A stretch of 61,405 nt of DNA, counting the filler, from Choristocarpus tenellus KU-1152 (Eukaryota; Protista; Phaeophyceae): assembly GCA_964200185.2 (NCBI GenBank). It is 9 parts of 9 records of this genome, joined end to end, with 100 filler letters (N's around TTAATTAATTAA, not from the genome) between each part and the next. Parts side by side here need not be neighbours in the genome. Positions count along the whole stretch, not along the records: positions 32,325 to 46,338 come from CAXNAD020001300.1; positions 46,439 to 49,704 come from CAXNAD020021167.1; 7 more parts are not named here. The stretch is one strand, 5' to 3'. The first letter of the stretch is position 1; every line of letters starts with the position of its first letter. The notes below the pieces were generated by a model that made no database searches, was not told where the DNA came from, and saw only the letters and a program-made list of their open reading frames with translations. A program made the translations under genes and the position numbers. This document shows positions 37,689 through 49,220 of this stretch, in pieces.

Positions 37689-37947
37689 GAGTCAAAGTAC
37701 CTTAGAGGGTAGAGCCGCGTCCATTTGGGGGACAAAATCCAATATTGCAATTTTGATGTAATTTTGGTTATCATGTTTGTTAGGAGATGTCAATATCCTT
37801 GTTCCGGACACTCCTTTTCATAACATAAATATTTTACATATTCCGAAACATTTTGGAGTTGGTTAAATGTCACTAAGAACCATTGGGAAGCCAAGCCCCA
37901 AATGGACAAACAGGGCAAAACCTGTACTATCCAAGATACTTTCACTC
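37689..37947 (-). mobile_element. MITE family B replacing the mariner right terminus
   Basis: Both TIRs present; flanks TACA/ATTC, so no TSD. Confidence 0.9.
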
Positions 37948-38196
37948 ATTCTTGAAGTCCGGACGCCTTGAACTTTCTTCACGTTGGGCTGGCAAGTACA
38001 ACCCTCAACCACCAAGAAGACATGCGACGACCAACTATTATAACAGTAGCCTAGATGTCATTGGAAATTTGAGCTTACATTGACGACCTCTCAATATCAT
38101 ACGCTTTGCTATTGATATAATGAAAATAGGATGCCTTACCATAAGTGGAATATCTTGGGTTTGCAACACCCATTCCGTAGAGGTGATCCACTAGAG

Positions 38197-38596
38197 GGAC
38201 AACCATCTCCTCCAGAGAAAACCATGAAAAGTCCTTGTCAGAGATGATTGTGCACCATCACCAACGAGGATACAAATTTAGCACCAGAGTAAAGAGAACA
38301 TTTACACCTTGTTCACATTACCACATACCTAGATCCCTAATGACATGACACAATAGGCACAATCAATGGCTCACTAGCCTCTCCCAAAAGAAGGCATCAA
38401 GCTCGGTTCAATAATGTCGCTAAGTACAACAAAATTTCATAATGGGCACAAGACAACACAACACAAGAAAGACAGGCACACTACCCTAAAGGGGGGAAGC
38501 AGTGATAAGAAGCACACACTACTCAACAGCAACGGAAGGTCACAAATCAAGACATTGCAGACCTTTAACTGTACCTTCCAGTTATCCCTTTCCATC
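38197..38596 (-). repeat. Left outer arm, inverted copy of 41444-41856
   Basis: Near-identical reverse complement over ~400 bp. Confidence 0.95.
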
Positions 38597-38779
38597 GGGG
38601 GGTCTGGCTCCACCTTTGAGACCACCGGTGCCTTGCTATTCAAACTGGCACTAGCAGCACCATCAAGTATCTCAGCAGAGAAACAGTGATAGTCCAACAT
38701 TGCAGGGTCAAATACACAACCAGCCCTGTTTGCAGCATTCCTCGACATCCACAGAGCAAAACTCTTGTCCTCGAATAAC
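38597..38779 (-). pseudogene. Inverted truncated copy of a NUP50-like exon
   Basis: KSFALWMSRNAANRAGCVFDPAMLDYHCFSAEIL resembles the Nup50 LNxSxxxW..DYxxYxxxI helical region; 38597-38751 is the reverse complement of 38792-38945. Confidence 0.6.
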
Positions 38780-38791
38780 CTGAACAAGAGT

Positions 38792-41091
38792 TGGTGTCAA
38801 GGAATGCTGCGAACAGGACTGGTTGTGTATTTGACCCTGCAATGTTGGACTATCACTGTTTCTCTGCTGAGATACGTGATAGTGCAGTTAGTGCCAGTTT
38901 GAATAGGAAGGTACCAGTGGTTTCGAAGGTGGAGCCAGACCCCCCAGCTCCAGTTCTAGATTCACCTCTGACTCCAGCTCCATTTGTGATTCCAACTCAG
39001 AGTTTGACTCCAGCTCCGTCTCTAGCTCTATCTCCTGGCTAAAGGTATCTGGGAGGGGGATGGCAGCTGTCCATTCGGGTTCAATTTTTTTCATGTCACA
39101 ATTTTTGGGTGATTTGATTGGATACATCAAATGGACAATGTAAACGCACTTTTCCTGATTTTTGCCCAAATAGACACATTGGTGTAGACTCCCCCCCCTC
39201 CCACCAGATATTTTGGGTGTCCTGCTCCTGTTCCTGCTCCAGCTCTGACTTTGACTCCAGCTCCAGCACCAGCGCAAGGTACAACTCCTTTCCCGACCTT
39301 CACCATTCCAACTTCTTCATCTGGCTCAGCATCAATACGATCTACACTTCCTGTAGCATCCTCCACAGGGTTTACATTCAATGCACCTTCAACGGGTTCA
39401 TCAGCTTTTGGTTTGGGACCTAGTCCCCTGCCTTCACAGGTGAGCCCATCTGCCATTGCTGTAGGGAAAATGCTTTGTTATTATTCTGTTAAAATACTAA
39501 AATAGACAAGGAGTCTTGAATGTACAACCTTTATTTACATGGGTTCTATTGTCCTACTCTGCAGGCTTTCAAGTTCCAGTTGGGGGCTTCAGATTCCCAG
39601 AGGCCTCAAACACATTGCCAGGTGGCTCACCTGCAGAGGAGTCAGATGGGATGCCAAAGGAGGATCCAGCAGAGATGGCTCGGGCAGAAGGCGAGGAGGA
39701 TGAAGAGGTATGGTTAAAGGCTGCCATAGTAATACGTGTGGCTCATGTGGAAGTGTTTGTGGAGAAGGTGGGCTAATGTTTTTACTCTAGTTTGGGATAT
39801 GGGATGGGATTATGTAAGGCCATGGTAGCTGTTGTGTGGATGCTTGGGAGTCAGTGAGGCAAGAAGGGTTTTGTCACACTGATATCCATGACAGAGTGGA
39901 CAATGTAACTTTCCAATATGAAAGCTCTTGTAGAGTGGAGCCAAGACACTTGGGCATACATGTGAAATTGTTTGTTAGTGGCATTGAGGTGTGGAGGCAA
40001 TCCAGAGTTCCAGAGTGTGGGCCATTGGAGACAATTAGTGCCACAGAGAGAGCCCTCCATAGCTACTACACTACAGGGGAACCGTCCCTTAACCCCTTGC
40101 ATATGAGTGGAAATGTTTGATTTCTGTGTACCTTGAAATTTATGGCTGTCAATCATACCATAGTGAAAGATTGGTTTCTACTGTATCCCAGTATCACTCA
40201 AGGGAGAATATCTTGTGATGTTTGTTGTACACTGGAAAAAAATCAAATTCTTCGTGCACAGCACCGCGCACTAATTGTTTTCAACTTCATCCTGATTATT
40301 AATATTTCCACTCTTTTTGTCGCTGTGTTGTACTACTATTGTATTGTACTAACTTAATGGTGCATTTCATACAGGCGTTTGGATTGTGGACTGTATCTGG
40401 ATAGGAAACAGAAGAGTGTTAAATAGTTAAATGGTTCCATTAGAAAATATATATGTAAGACACATCTTGCAATATTGAGGCACCTTGACCTTGAAGACAA
40501 CCTCACTATGCTGAGCACTCTCTGGTCCTTTTATTGTGGGGCCTGTGCAGAAGTACACTAGGAGGTCAAGCATGTATTGTACTCTGTAGACGGTATGATA
40601 TTGATAGTGCTATACTACTATCATTGTACACGGGTAGTATTGGATGGGAGTTTTGTACAGTTGTGTTTCTCAAATATGAAGACATCAAAAGAAAACTAGG
40701 ATAGTTTCCACCACAGTTGAGCTGTCAACTACTATCAAGATTACGTGCAGTTTTTGTTGAGTGTTTTTTCCCTTGCAACATTACTATTTTTTGTTATCAA
40801 AATCAGTGTTTTGTTGTGCTAATTTTCCAATAATCCGCTGAAGCTGCAGTACATTCTATTGGTGAGGGTGGTGGGTTTTGGTCTTCCCCCCTTCATTGAC
40901 AGACTCTCCACCCCTTTTTGTTGTGTTGGTTGTGTTCTGGACAGGTGAAGTACCAGGTGCGGTCAAAGCTGTATCGCTTGAACACAGAGAATACGACATC
41001 ATGGATTGACTTAGGGGTGGGCGTCCTTCGGTTGATGAGGAACACTCTAACGGATAAGAGGCGAATAGTGCTTCGGAATGACATTGGCAAG
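38792..41091 (+). pseudogene. NUP50/Nup2-like nucleoporin gene fragment with C-terminal Ran-binding domain (exon blocks 38792-39439 with MITE, 39565-39707, 40945-41091)
   Basis: Pro/Ser-rich FxF/FG region (GFTFNAP, SAFG), acidic linker GEEDEE, RanBD VRSKLYRL..WIDLGVGVLRL..KRRIVLRNDIGK; in-frame TAA from the MITE, a phase mismatch at 39439/39565 and no 5' end. Confidence 0.7.
39037..39219 (+). mobile_element. MITE family A inserted in the NUP50-like exon
   Basis: 4-bp TSD TCCT; removing it restores the frame LALSP-APVPAP. Confidence 0.92.
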
Positions 41092-41443
41092 GTCAGGCTG
41101 GACAGGAATGGGTAATTCACTTGCAGAGTGCTTGATTGGTCACTCAGTCCATGGTGATTGACTAGATAAAACCCTTGCATGTGGCAAAGTGTAGTATGGT
41201 GTTGTATGTTTGTATATTTTTTTTGTATTGTATGCTTGTTTATTTTTAGTCCAGCCTCTACAGCTTATGTCCACAATCCTCCCTATCCTTGAAAACTCCA
41301 TGGTATTTGTCATTTTATGTCGTTGAAAAAGCTCTACACAAGTAGAGAAACTCTGCAATGATTAGGGCATACTCATCTTGTGCTGTGTTAGTGGATAATG
41401 CAGAAGAGATTTGTGGTCTTGTGTTGTCTTTGAGGTGACACAT

Positions 41444-41856
41444 GATGGAAAGGGATAACTGGAAGGTACAGTCAAAGGTCTGCAATATCTTGATTTGTGA
41501 CCTTCCGTTGCTGTTGAGTAGTGTGTGCTTCTTATCACTGCTGCCCCCCTTTAGGGTAGTGTGCCTGTCTTTCTTGTGTTGTGTTGTCTTGTGCCCATTA
41601 TGTTTTTGTTGATTCTGTTTTTGTTGTACTTAGCGACGTTATTGAACCGTGCTTGATGCCTTCTTGTGGGAGAGGCTAGTGAGCCATTGATTGTGCCTAT
41701 TGTGTCATGTCATTAGGGATCTAGGTATGTGGTAATGTGAACAAGGTGTAAATGTTCTCTCTACTCTGGTGCTAAATTTGTATCCTCGTTGGTGATGGTG
41801 CACAATCATCTCTGACAAGGACTTTTCATGGTTTTCTCTGGAGGAGATGATTGTCC
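41444..41856 (+). repeat. Right outer arm of the inverted duplication
   Basis: Reverse complement of 38197-38596. Confidence 0.95.
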
Positions 41857-42969
41857 TAACTATTCATGTCCTAACTTTGTTCTTACTATACTCTGAGCAC
41901 ACAACCAATGTCTAATAGTAGTATTACTATTGACTGTACGAGAGTAGACTAGTACAATATTTTTTATTATTTAGCTTTGCTGTTCACATCGTTCGTTCTA
42001 TTGTGAATGTAGTTGGAAGAGGTGACCACCATAGGACTGCTGTTGCATTGTGTAGAGTACATCTTATGACACAAAGTATTGACAGTATTTGGACTTGGTG
42101 TCAGTATTAGATGGAGCAGTGTTGCTGGGAAAAAATAACACAGAGCACAGTATGAGCATCTCCTTACACAAAAGTCTGGATAATTTGGGCAATAAGCTGG
42201 TTTTTTATTGAAGTTGTCAATACCTTGCAACACCAATTTAAGATTTACAGAAGACACGACTGTTGTCTTACACACAAATTCTTGCAGTTGACAAAAGGGA
42301 AGTATGAGAGTACACAGTATCTGAATGGACCGATTGCAGAGCCATCGCCCCTCATTGGCATCCCCATGTAGGACACTATGACTCAAAAAAGTGAGACTTT
42401 TTATGAAAAGTTGATAATATTACTTTTATGGATATATAGTAACAGTTGATATTAATACGCTTGAAAATTCAGAAAATAGTTACGACATTATTGTGATTCA
42501 ATGGTTTCTGGAGATACGTTGGAGCATGAAAAAAGTATTTCTCACATGGACACGTATTGGGTGTCCGTATGAGAAATAATCGTATGGTATGGTCTGTGCT
42601 ATGCACCGACTTTATTTTTGTTGTTCTTTGTCCCATCACTAGTTTGGGGACTATCCTTACTTGTGTTCAGAGGCACTACGCGTGACACAACTTCTTGCGG
42701 TAGCTTGTGACTAACTGTAACTGTAGTGCCTCCATCCATGTCTTGTTGTGCGTTGGGTTCACAAAGTTGCCCCACTTCATTTTCTGTAGTGCTTGTCGTG
42801 GTATCTCCTCACTTGAATCTTGAACCTTGATGTGGACATACCTAGACATCACTCTGCAATGAAACTTGCTGCGCCATGTTGAGTTCCTGTGATTTTGTGG
42901 TAAGCTACAGATAAGGTGGTGCTGGTGTACAATCTGTTGTGCTTGCCACCTGGACTTGGAGTTTGGATC

Positions 42970-43074
42970 ATTGAAACCATATTCCCCCAAAAAGAAATTT
43001 GGTATCAGGGAGGTTTGATTGAGCCTGCGAAATTCATGGAACACTATCCATTGACCACTCAGCTATGAGGATTC
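42970..43074 (-). mobile_element. tRNA-derived SINE-like head (body probably extends to ~42670)
   Basis: Minus-strand A box TAGCTGAGTGG; homologous to 35240-35340. Confidence 0.55.
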
Positions 43075-45197
43075 TCTTTGCACTACAGTATTGATTCTTA
43101 TCCTTACCACTTGACAAGATTGAACGTAGACTAACGAGGAACATTCCAAAACTACCTACCCTTTTTATACCTTCTCCATGCCTTCCAAAATGGGTTACAA
43201 AGTTACACTAATTCGAGTCAACCTTTAACATCTTCAGAGTACAGTTTTTCAGTTGTTGTACTCTTGGACTATTTTTCATGCATCACACTGTAGTGTATAT
43301 TTTACTGAACAGAAGTTTGTGTCCATGTGTATGTGACATGACAATGATAAAAATGGTAAAAGAGAGGGACCCTCTCCAACAAAGTAACTTCAGAGCAGTG
43401 ATCTTGTAAAATGATATTGTAGCCAAAAATAGCATTGTGCTAGTCAGCATGTATTTTTCATTTTTATCATTCTGTGTTGAGATAAATGCTCTCCTTTCCC
43501 GATTGGTAAAATATGGTACTTTGTGGAAGATTCCTCAAATTCAAAAATGAATTTCTGTTACTTTGACATCCTCTGACAGAGCTCTCAGCCATATCACAAA
43601 CAGTGAGACTAATGAAATTCCCATCTGTCCATTTACTGATGCACCAGAAAAATCACATCCTAGAAAAACAATGACCCTAGGGGCATTGCTGATTGACATT
43701 TTCTCTTTCCATCCTTCCCATATACTAAGTATATATAGGGAATATATACATGTGTCCATTTCTACCTCTCTCTGTCTATTCGTGTGTCTGGACAATTCTA
43801 CACTGAAATCAGTTGATCATGTATCTGGGTGAATTAACAGTATCCAGAGTTATAGGGACAGTATAGAGTCGCCACTATTATAAATAGAGGTTTCAAGACA
43901 GGGGTATGAATGAGACCTGAGTGAAGTTGCAAGCACAGTATGGATGTGAGAGCCATCAACACGTTGTTGAGTAGATCTTTCTGTTGTCAAAGTAGCCAAA
44001 GAGGGGGTTGTGATGAGTTGTATGGACCCCTGTGACTTTCTAGTTGAAGATGTTTTTGGAGCAGACAATCCTTATCTGTAGAGTGCATCCTGACGGATTT
44101 GTTAAAGTACTCCATACATTCAGTTTACAGAAGCAAGTTATCTTTGCCGACGCCCCATTTGAATGTCTTTATCTCAAGTTGAAAAGCCCTCGAAAAGGTC
44201 AAAACAGCCAAAACACAATAATCACTCTGCATTTAGTGTGTGGCATCTTTAGGCAGCCAATTTATAGCATATCGCCAGGTTGACAGTATGGCGATTCCTT
44301 CCAACTGTGTAATGCACCACACCTATCACCACACCTATCACCATGAAGTACACAACACCCATGATGCATCCTAGAGTTCTGTGCGCTGAGTATAATTTTG
44401 ATAATAAACATAGCATTTGGCCTATTCAGGGACAGGGATGCTGTTAGTCACTACACTGACAAGAACTGTCACCCACTAAAAAGAGACACATTGGATAGGG
44501 GTGCATCCACATTTCTAATGAAGGCAACAAAAGGTTGTAGTTCCTACCTTCTTAGGATGGGTATAGGGTCCACTAGGAAAGGATCTTTCTTATGAAGTGG
44601 TGAGCAGGGGACAAGCTGAGAAACTCAAAATCGCAATGGGTTGAATTGTGATGTGTTGTTTCACAAGAGAAGACTGGCCACATGACCACTTTAACAAAGT
44701 GTTTCTCACACTGACAATAGAAGTGCCTTCACATAACATGCCATTGCTGTCGCCTGCTATACCATGTCACTGAGGAGTACTAGTTTGGGTTTACCAGGTG
44801 CTGTAGCAATATACACTATATTGCCAGAGAGAACTCCAGTCCAAGGGGAGCACAATCTGTAGGAGGAACACACAATACTAACTGTTCTGTGGAATAGAGG
44901 CAGTAGTACTATCATTAGAAAAATATTGTTTCATATGTTCAGAACACTCTGTGGTGAGGAATCAAGATCCTTCTGTTAATGGCAAAGGGCACAAACACAA
45001 ACACTAATATATTTGGAATCTAGAGGATAATTGGCGTAGCTCCATGTCAGAGATGCGCGTCCAAAGTGCACCACTACTTTGAAAAAAACAAAATTATCCC
45101 CACTGAAGTGAAACCTATTTGCGGTGTTAGGAGAGGACTTAGAGACAGCACATGCACTGTTCTCTCTGTTCCAACAAAACGCCATCACTGTTCTGTT

Positions 45198-46213
45198 CTA
45201 ATCCCCTGCTGTCTTGTCATTGACTGGTGCTGTTGCGCGCCCTGATGATTGCCTGGCCTGCTCCACTCGCCGAGCCTCCTTGCGACGGCTATTTATATCC
45301 CGATAGAGCATATCTCGATAGTCAGCAGCTGACAGTTTTGTGTTGTCATCAACAACACTCTTTTCAATAGTTATCTGACCACAAAGGGAAGCAAGGGGAG
45401 AATGGCCTTGATAAATGGTGCTTGGTGCACTATAATCCTGTGCTCAATTGGAGGCATCCATGGTGTATTGCACTCATAGTGTAGCCACAAATAGCGGTCA
45501 TTATACTCTGAAGAGTCATTGCTACTGGCTTGACACCTTACTGGTACTGGTGCCCACAGTTGCTGGGTACACACTGTAAGCAATAAATAGGCCCAATATG
45601 ACTAAAAGATATTGGCAGGAGAAACAGGGATACAACTGAGTTTCATCTGCCCCTCCTTGACATAGAGAAAATGCAAGGGACATGGGATGAAAAATTGTGC
45701 ATGTGTATGCAGTGCTTGATAAACACAATTATTCTTTCTCTCCTTTCGAGGTTGAAGGGGGTGAAAGGTGGTTATTGTTCAATTGTATCATATTATGATC
45801 ATAAATTTCGATCACCACAACAAAATTATTCATATGGAAAGGGACTCAAGTCACTCAATCATACCCTCTTGTTTTGCCACCCAACAAACAACCCAATGGT
45901 GCTTGACTGCTTCGATTTGATTAATCACCTGTATGGTCCCATGGGGATAGTCTGGTTCATCATCTGGATTGTGAAATTCTGCCACATATGGATGCTTGAG
46001 GGCATCTTGCGCCTTAGTGCGCTTATCAGGGTTGAACTGTAGGCACTGAAATATGAGGTCAAGGGCCTGTGCTGAAGCACTGGGGAACATCTCACTCAGT
46101 GGTACTTGACATGCAGGTGGGATCGACTCCAGCATTGTTCCTGCAAAGGGAGACTTAATTGACTCAATATCTTCTGGGGAAGGTTTCCCTGTTGATTCCA
46201 AAATCTTTTCAAG
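45198..46213 (-). CDS. MAPK15: ERK7/MAPK15-like MAP kinase, 3' part (exons 46213-45929 and 45374-45198)
   Basis: TGKPSPEDIESIKSPFAGTMLES, ALDLIFQCLQFNPDKRTKAQDALKHPYVAEFHNPDDEP, DDNTKLSAADYRDMLY; SPFA and DDN..Y tail typical of ERK7/8; phase-0 junction; TAG stop. Confidence 0.88.
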
Positions 46214-46438
46214 CTTTATTGCGTGTAAAAACCAAAAGAAACACCAGCAGGAGACGCAGCAAGGAGGTTAGGGGAATGTAGGGTTAGCCTGTCACTTGCC
46301 AGTCTTCGGGGGTATTAGACCCAAAGTATCTGGGAGGGNNNNNNNNNNNNNNNNNNNNNNNNNNNNNNNNNNNNNNNNNNNNTTAATTAATTAANNNNNN
46401 NNNNNNNNNNNNNNNNNNNNNNNNNNNNNNNNNNNNNN

Positions 46439-46805
46439 CTGGCTGTAGGCATAGATCCGCCTCCAGGCCCCAACTTAATGACAGGTACACGGTCACCAAC
46501 GAAGCACTTGCAATTGCGGTGGTTCTCACACGCCCGGATGATGTCCTGCTCTTTGCCCAACATGCGGGCAAGGAAGGACTCGCTATCTGCCTCGAACTTC
46601 TTCACACAGGCTAAGCGCTTGCAGCAGTCACCCTGTTCGTTGACCGGGATGGGTTGAGCCCATTCTCGGCGAAGCTTGGCGCCGGTCGCTCAAGCGTCAT
46701 TGGTAGAAAGCTCCAGTGCATATTGTTGGCGGGCTGATGAGGGGGCAACGCAGGGGGTGGCACAGGCGACAAAAACCATCCCCTTGCTGTGGGAGCAACT
46801 GTCAT
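46439..46805 (-). CDS. Cys-rich unknown ORF, frame-disrupted, running off the contig start
   Basis: GC-rich block; frames MTVAP..SFAENGLNPSRSTNR and GDCCKRLACVKKFEADSESFLARM..IRACENHRNCKC join with one frameshift near 46632. Confidence 0.4.
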
Positions 46806-46854
46806 GGTGTTTTCGGGCAACAGGCGGTCTTGGGCAGTGAGAAGGTCTAGGAGT

Positions 46855-47372
46855 GAATTGAATTCGAAGCCGGGCGTATGATGTTTGTGTTTGAAGAGAC
46901 CCGTCTGACCAAAATGAAATCCTTGTTCTGGAAAACGCGTTTATTCTCGCTGTGATGAAATAAAAACTAGATTCTAATCTGGTTCAGGCAACAGTCGGTC
47001 TTGGGCATGATAGAATTGAATTCGAAGCCAGGCGTACAATGTTTAAGTTTGAAGAGATCCATCTGACCAAAATGAAATCCTTGTTCTGGAAAACGCGTTT
47101 ATTCTCGCTGTGATGAAATAAAAACTAGATTCTAATCTGGTTTCAGGCACCAGTCGGTCTTGGGCACGATAGAATTGAATTCGAAGCCGGGCGTACGGTG
47201 TTTGAGTTTGAAGAGATCCGTCTGACCAGAATTAAGTTCTTGTTCTGGGAAACGCGTTTATTCTCGCTGTGATGAAATAAAAACTAGATTCTAATCTGGT
47301 TTCAGGCAACAGTTGGTCTTGGGCACGATAGAATTGAATTCGAAGACGGGCGTATGAACGATGTTTGAGTTT
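46855..47372. repeat. Tandem array, 158-159-bp unit, 3 full copies plus a partial fourth
   Basis: GAATTGAATTCGAAG at 46855, 47013, 47172 and 47331. Confidence 0.95.
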
Positions 47373-48202
47373 CGTGTCATCCGTCGGACCACCCTGAAAT
47401 CCATGATCCGGAAAATACGTGCATTATGGTTCTTAGAAATTAATAATTCGATTATATTCGTAATCTTAGTAAATAAAAATACAAAGCACATACATAATTG
47501 ATCTTAGACGTTCAAATGTTCCGAAACTAAAAGGTCACAAAAAACTATGGGCCTCTAGTTTTTTTAATACACAATCTTACATTGTTCGAGATTTGTATTC
47601 AAATGTCGACGGAAAGCAAACTTTGAGTTTCGGGCGATCCGTCGGACCACCCTGAAATCCATGAACCAAATCCATGAACCGGAAAATACGTGCATTATGG
47701 TTTTTAGAAATTAAAAAATCGATTATAATCGTAATTTCAAGAAATATAAATACAAACCACATACTAAATTGATCTTATACGTTTCAAATGTTCCGAAACT
47801 AAAAGGTCACAAAAAACTGATACTCTCTATCTGTTTTAAATATGAAATCGTATACTGTTCGATATTCATATTTTTTGGAACACAACTATCAACGGAAAGA
47901 GAAATCTGAGTTCTTTGGGCACCGACCCACCAGCCTGAAATCCATGTTCTTGAAAATACGTGTATTCTGGTTTTTATGAAATAAAAATCACATTCTATTC
48001 TTAATATCAACAAATAAAAATACAAATCACATACTTCGTTGATTTAATACGTTTGAAATGTTCCAAAACGAAAAGGTCACAAAAAACTGATACTCTCTAT
48101 CTGTTTTAAATATGAAATCATATACTGTTCGATATTCATATTTTTTGGAACACAGTTATCAACGGAAAGAGAAATCTAAGTTCTTTGGGCACTGACCGAC
48201 CA
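47363..48202. repeat. Tandem array, ~270-bp unit, 3 copies, sharing a core with the 159-bp unit
   Basis: AAAAGGTCACAAAAAACT at ~47529, 47801 and 48071. Confidence 0.92.
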
Positions 48203-48320
48203 GATGAAACAAAGCAGCACCTCCCAGCCCTCACTCCTCATTTCCATTCCTTCCCTTCTGTGCATACCACCAGCAGCTCTTTTTCTTATCTATCCCCGTC
48301 ACACCCTCCCAATCTTCGCC

Positions 48321-49220
48321 ATGTCCAACATTCGCTCAACAACGACCCCCCTGCGCGTCAATGGCGCTGCCCATGGATCGAGAGCGTCGGATAGCAATGC
48401 CAAGGGCATGTCCTCGCTCCTCGAACAGCACTACCTCGGCATGTACAAGATGAAACTCGGCAATATCACATGCACGGAGATGCTGCGTCCCCTGAGCGAG
48501 CGTGGCCTTGCGCGCGTCATCAAGTCTATCCGCGAAAAAGACTGGCTCGAGCAGTTTGCTCTGTCCATCGTCATCCAACCTGACTGCTTAGGCAATGGGG
48601 ACCAGCTCACCGCCGACACTGCGCTTACCGTTCAAGGACGAACACTGGACGGGAACCATAGAGTAACGGTGTTGAAGAGAGAGTTTGATCACGAACGCGC
48701 TTTCATGATGCGGGTCTACACGGAGTTCAACCAAGCAGAAGAGAGGCTAATTGCCAATGGTGAGTTATGGAGTGTTGTCGTTGTTCCATGATCGCCCAAT
48801 TCTTCTGATCAATCAAGCAATTAAGTATGTTGAGTGTTATCGTTATTCCATGATCGCCTGATGACTCTTCTGATATACCAAGTTGTTGCCGTATTTCCTT
48901 TGTTTGGTTCATCGTCAGTCAGCCCGTTGTTGATCTTTTCGTTGTTGATCTTTTTTATCCCTTGCGGTCTTTCTGTCAGCAGCAACATGTTGCTCACTAC
49001 TGCCTGCCATGTGTGTCCCGCGACCGCTTCCCACCTACCCCTTGCCCCGTTCGCCCACTGCACCGCCACGCTTATAGCATTCAACGACGCGACCGAGAGT
49101 GTGGTTGAGCGCACGCTGTACGATAAGGTATATTTTCAGTACGAGCTCAAAGAAGCTATCAAGCGCCAGACGAAGAAGAAAGAAGTGTCACTAGCAGAGA
49201 TCCGCAAAATGTACAATAAG
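48321..49220 (+). CDS. ParB/Sulfiredoxin-fold domain protein, 5' part (exons 48321-48759 and 49078-49220; continues beyond)
   Basis: LRPLSERGLARVIKSIREKDW..LSIVI..RTLDGNHRVTVLK..MRVY..EERLIAN|AFND follows the ParB_N layout; G|GTGAGT donor, TTATAG acceptor and AAG|GTGAGG donor are in phase; no stops. Confidence 0.75.

Noticed and set aside
38197-41856. Pack-MULE interpretation of the 400-bp inverted repeats
   Set aside because: No 8-11-bp TSD, and the arms are continuous with the duplicated gene sequence, which favours fold-back duplication.
46855-48202. CRISPR-like appearance of the regular array
   Set aside because: Whole units of 159/270 bp are repeated with no unique spacers, and no cas genes are present.
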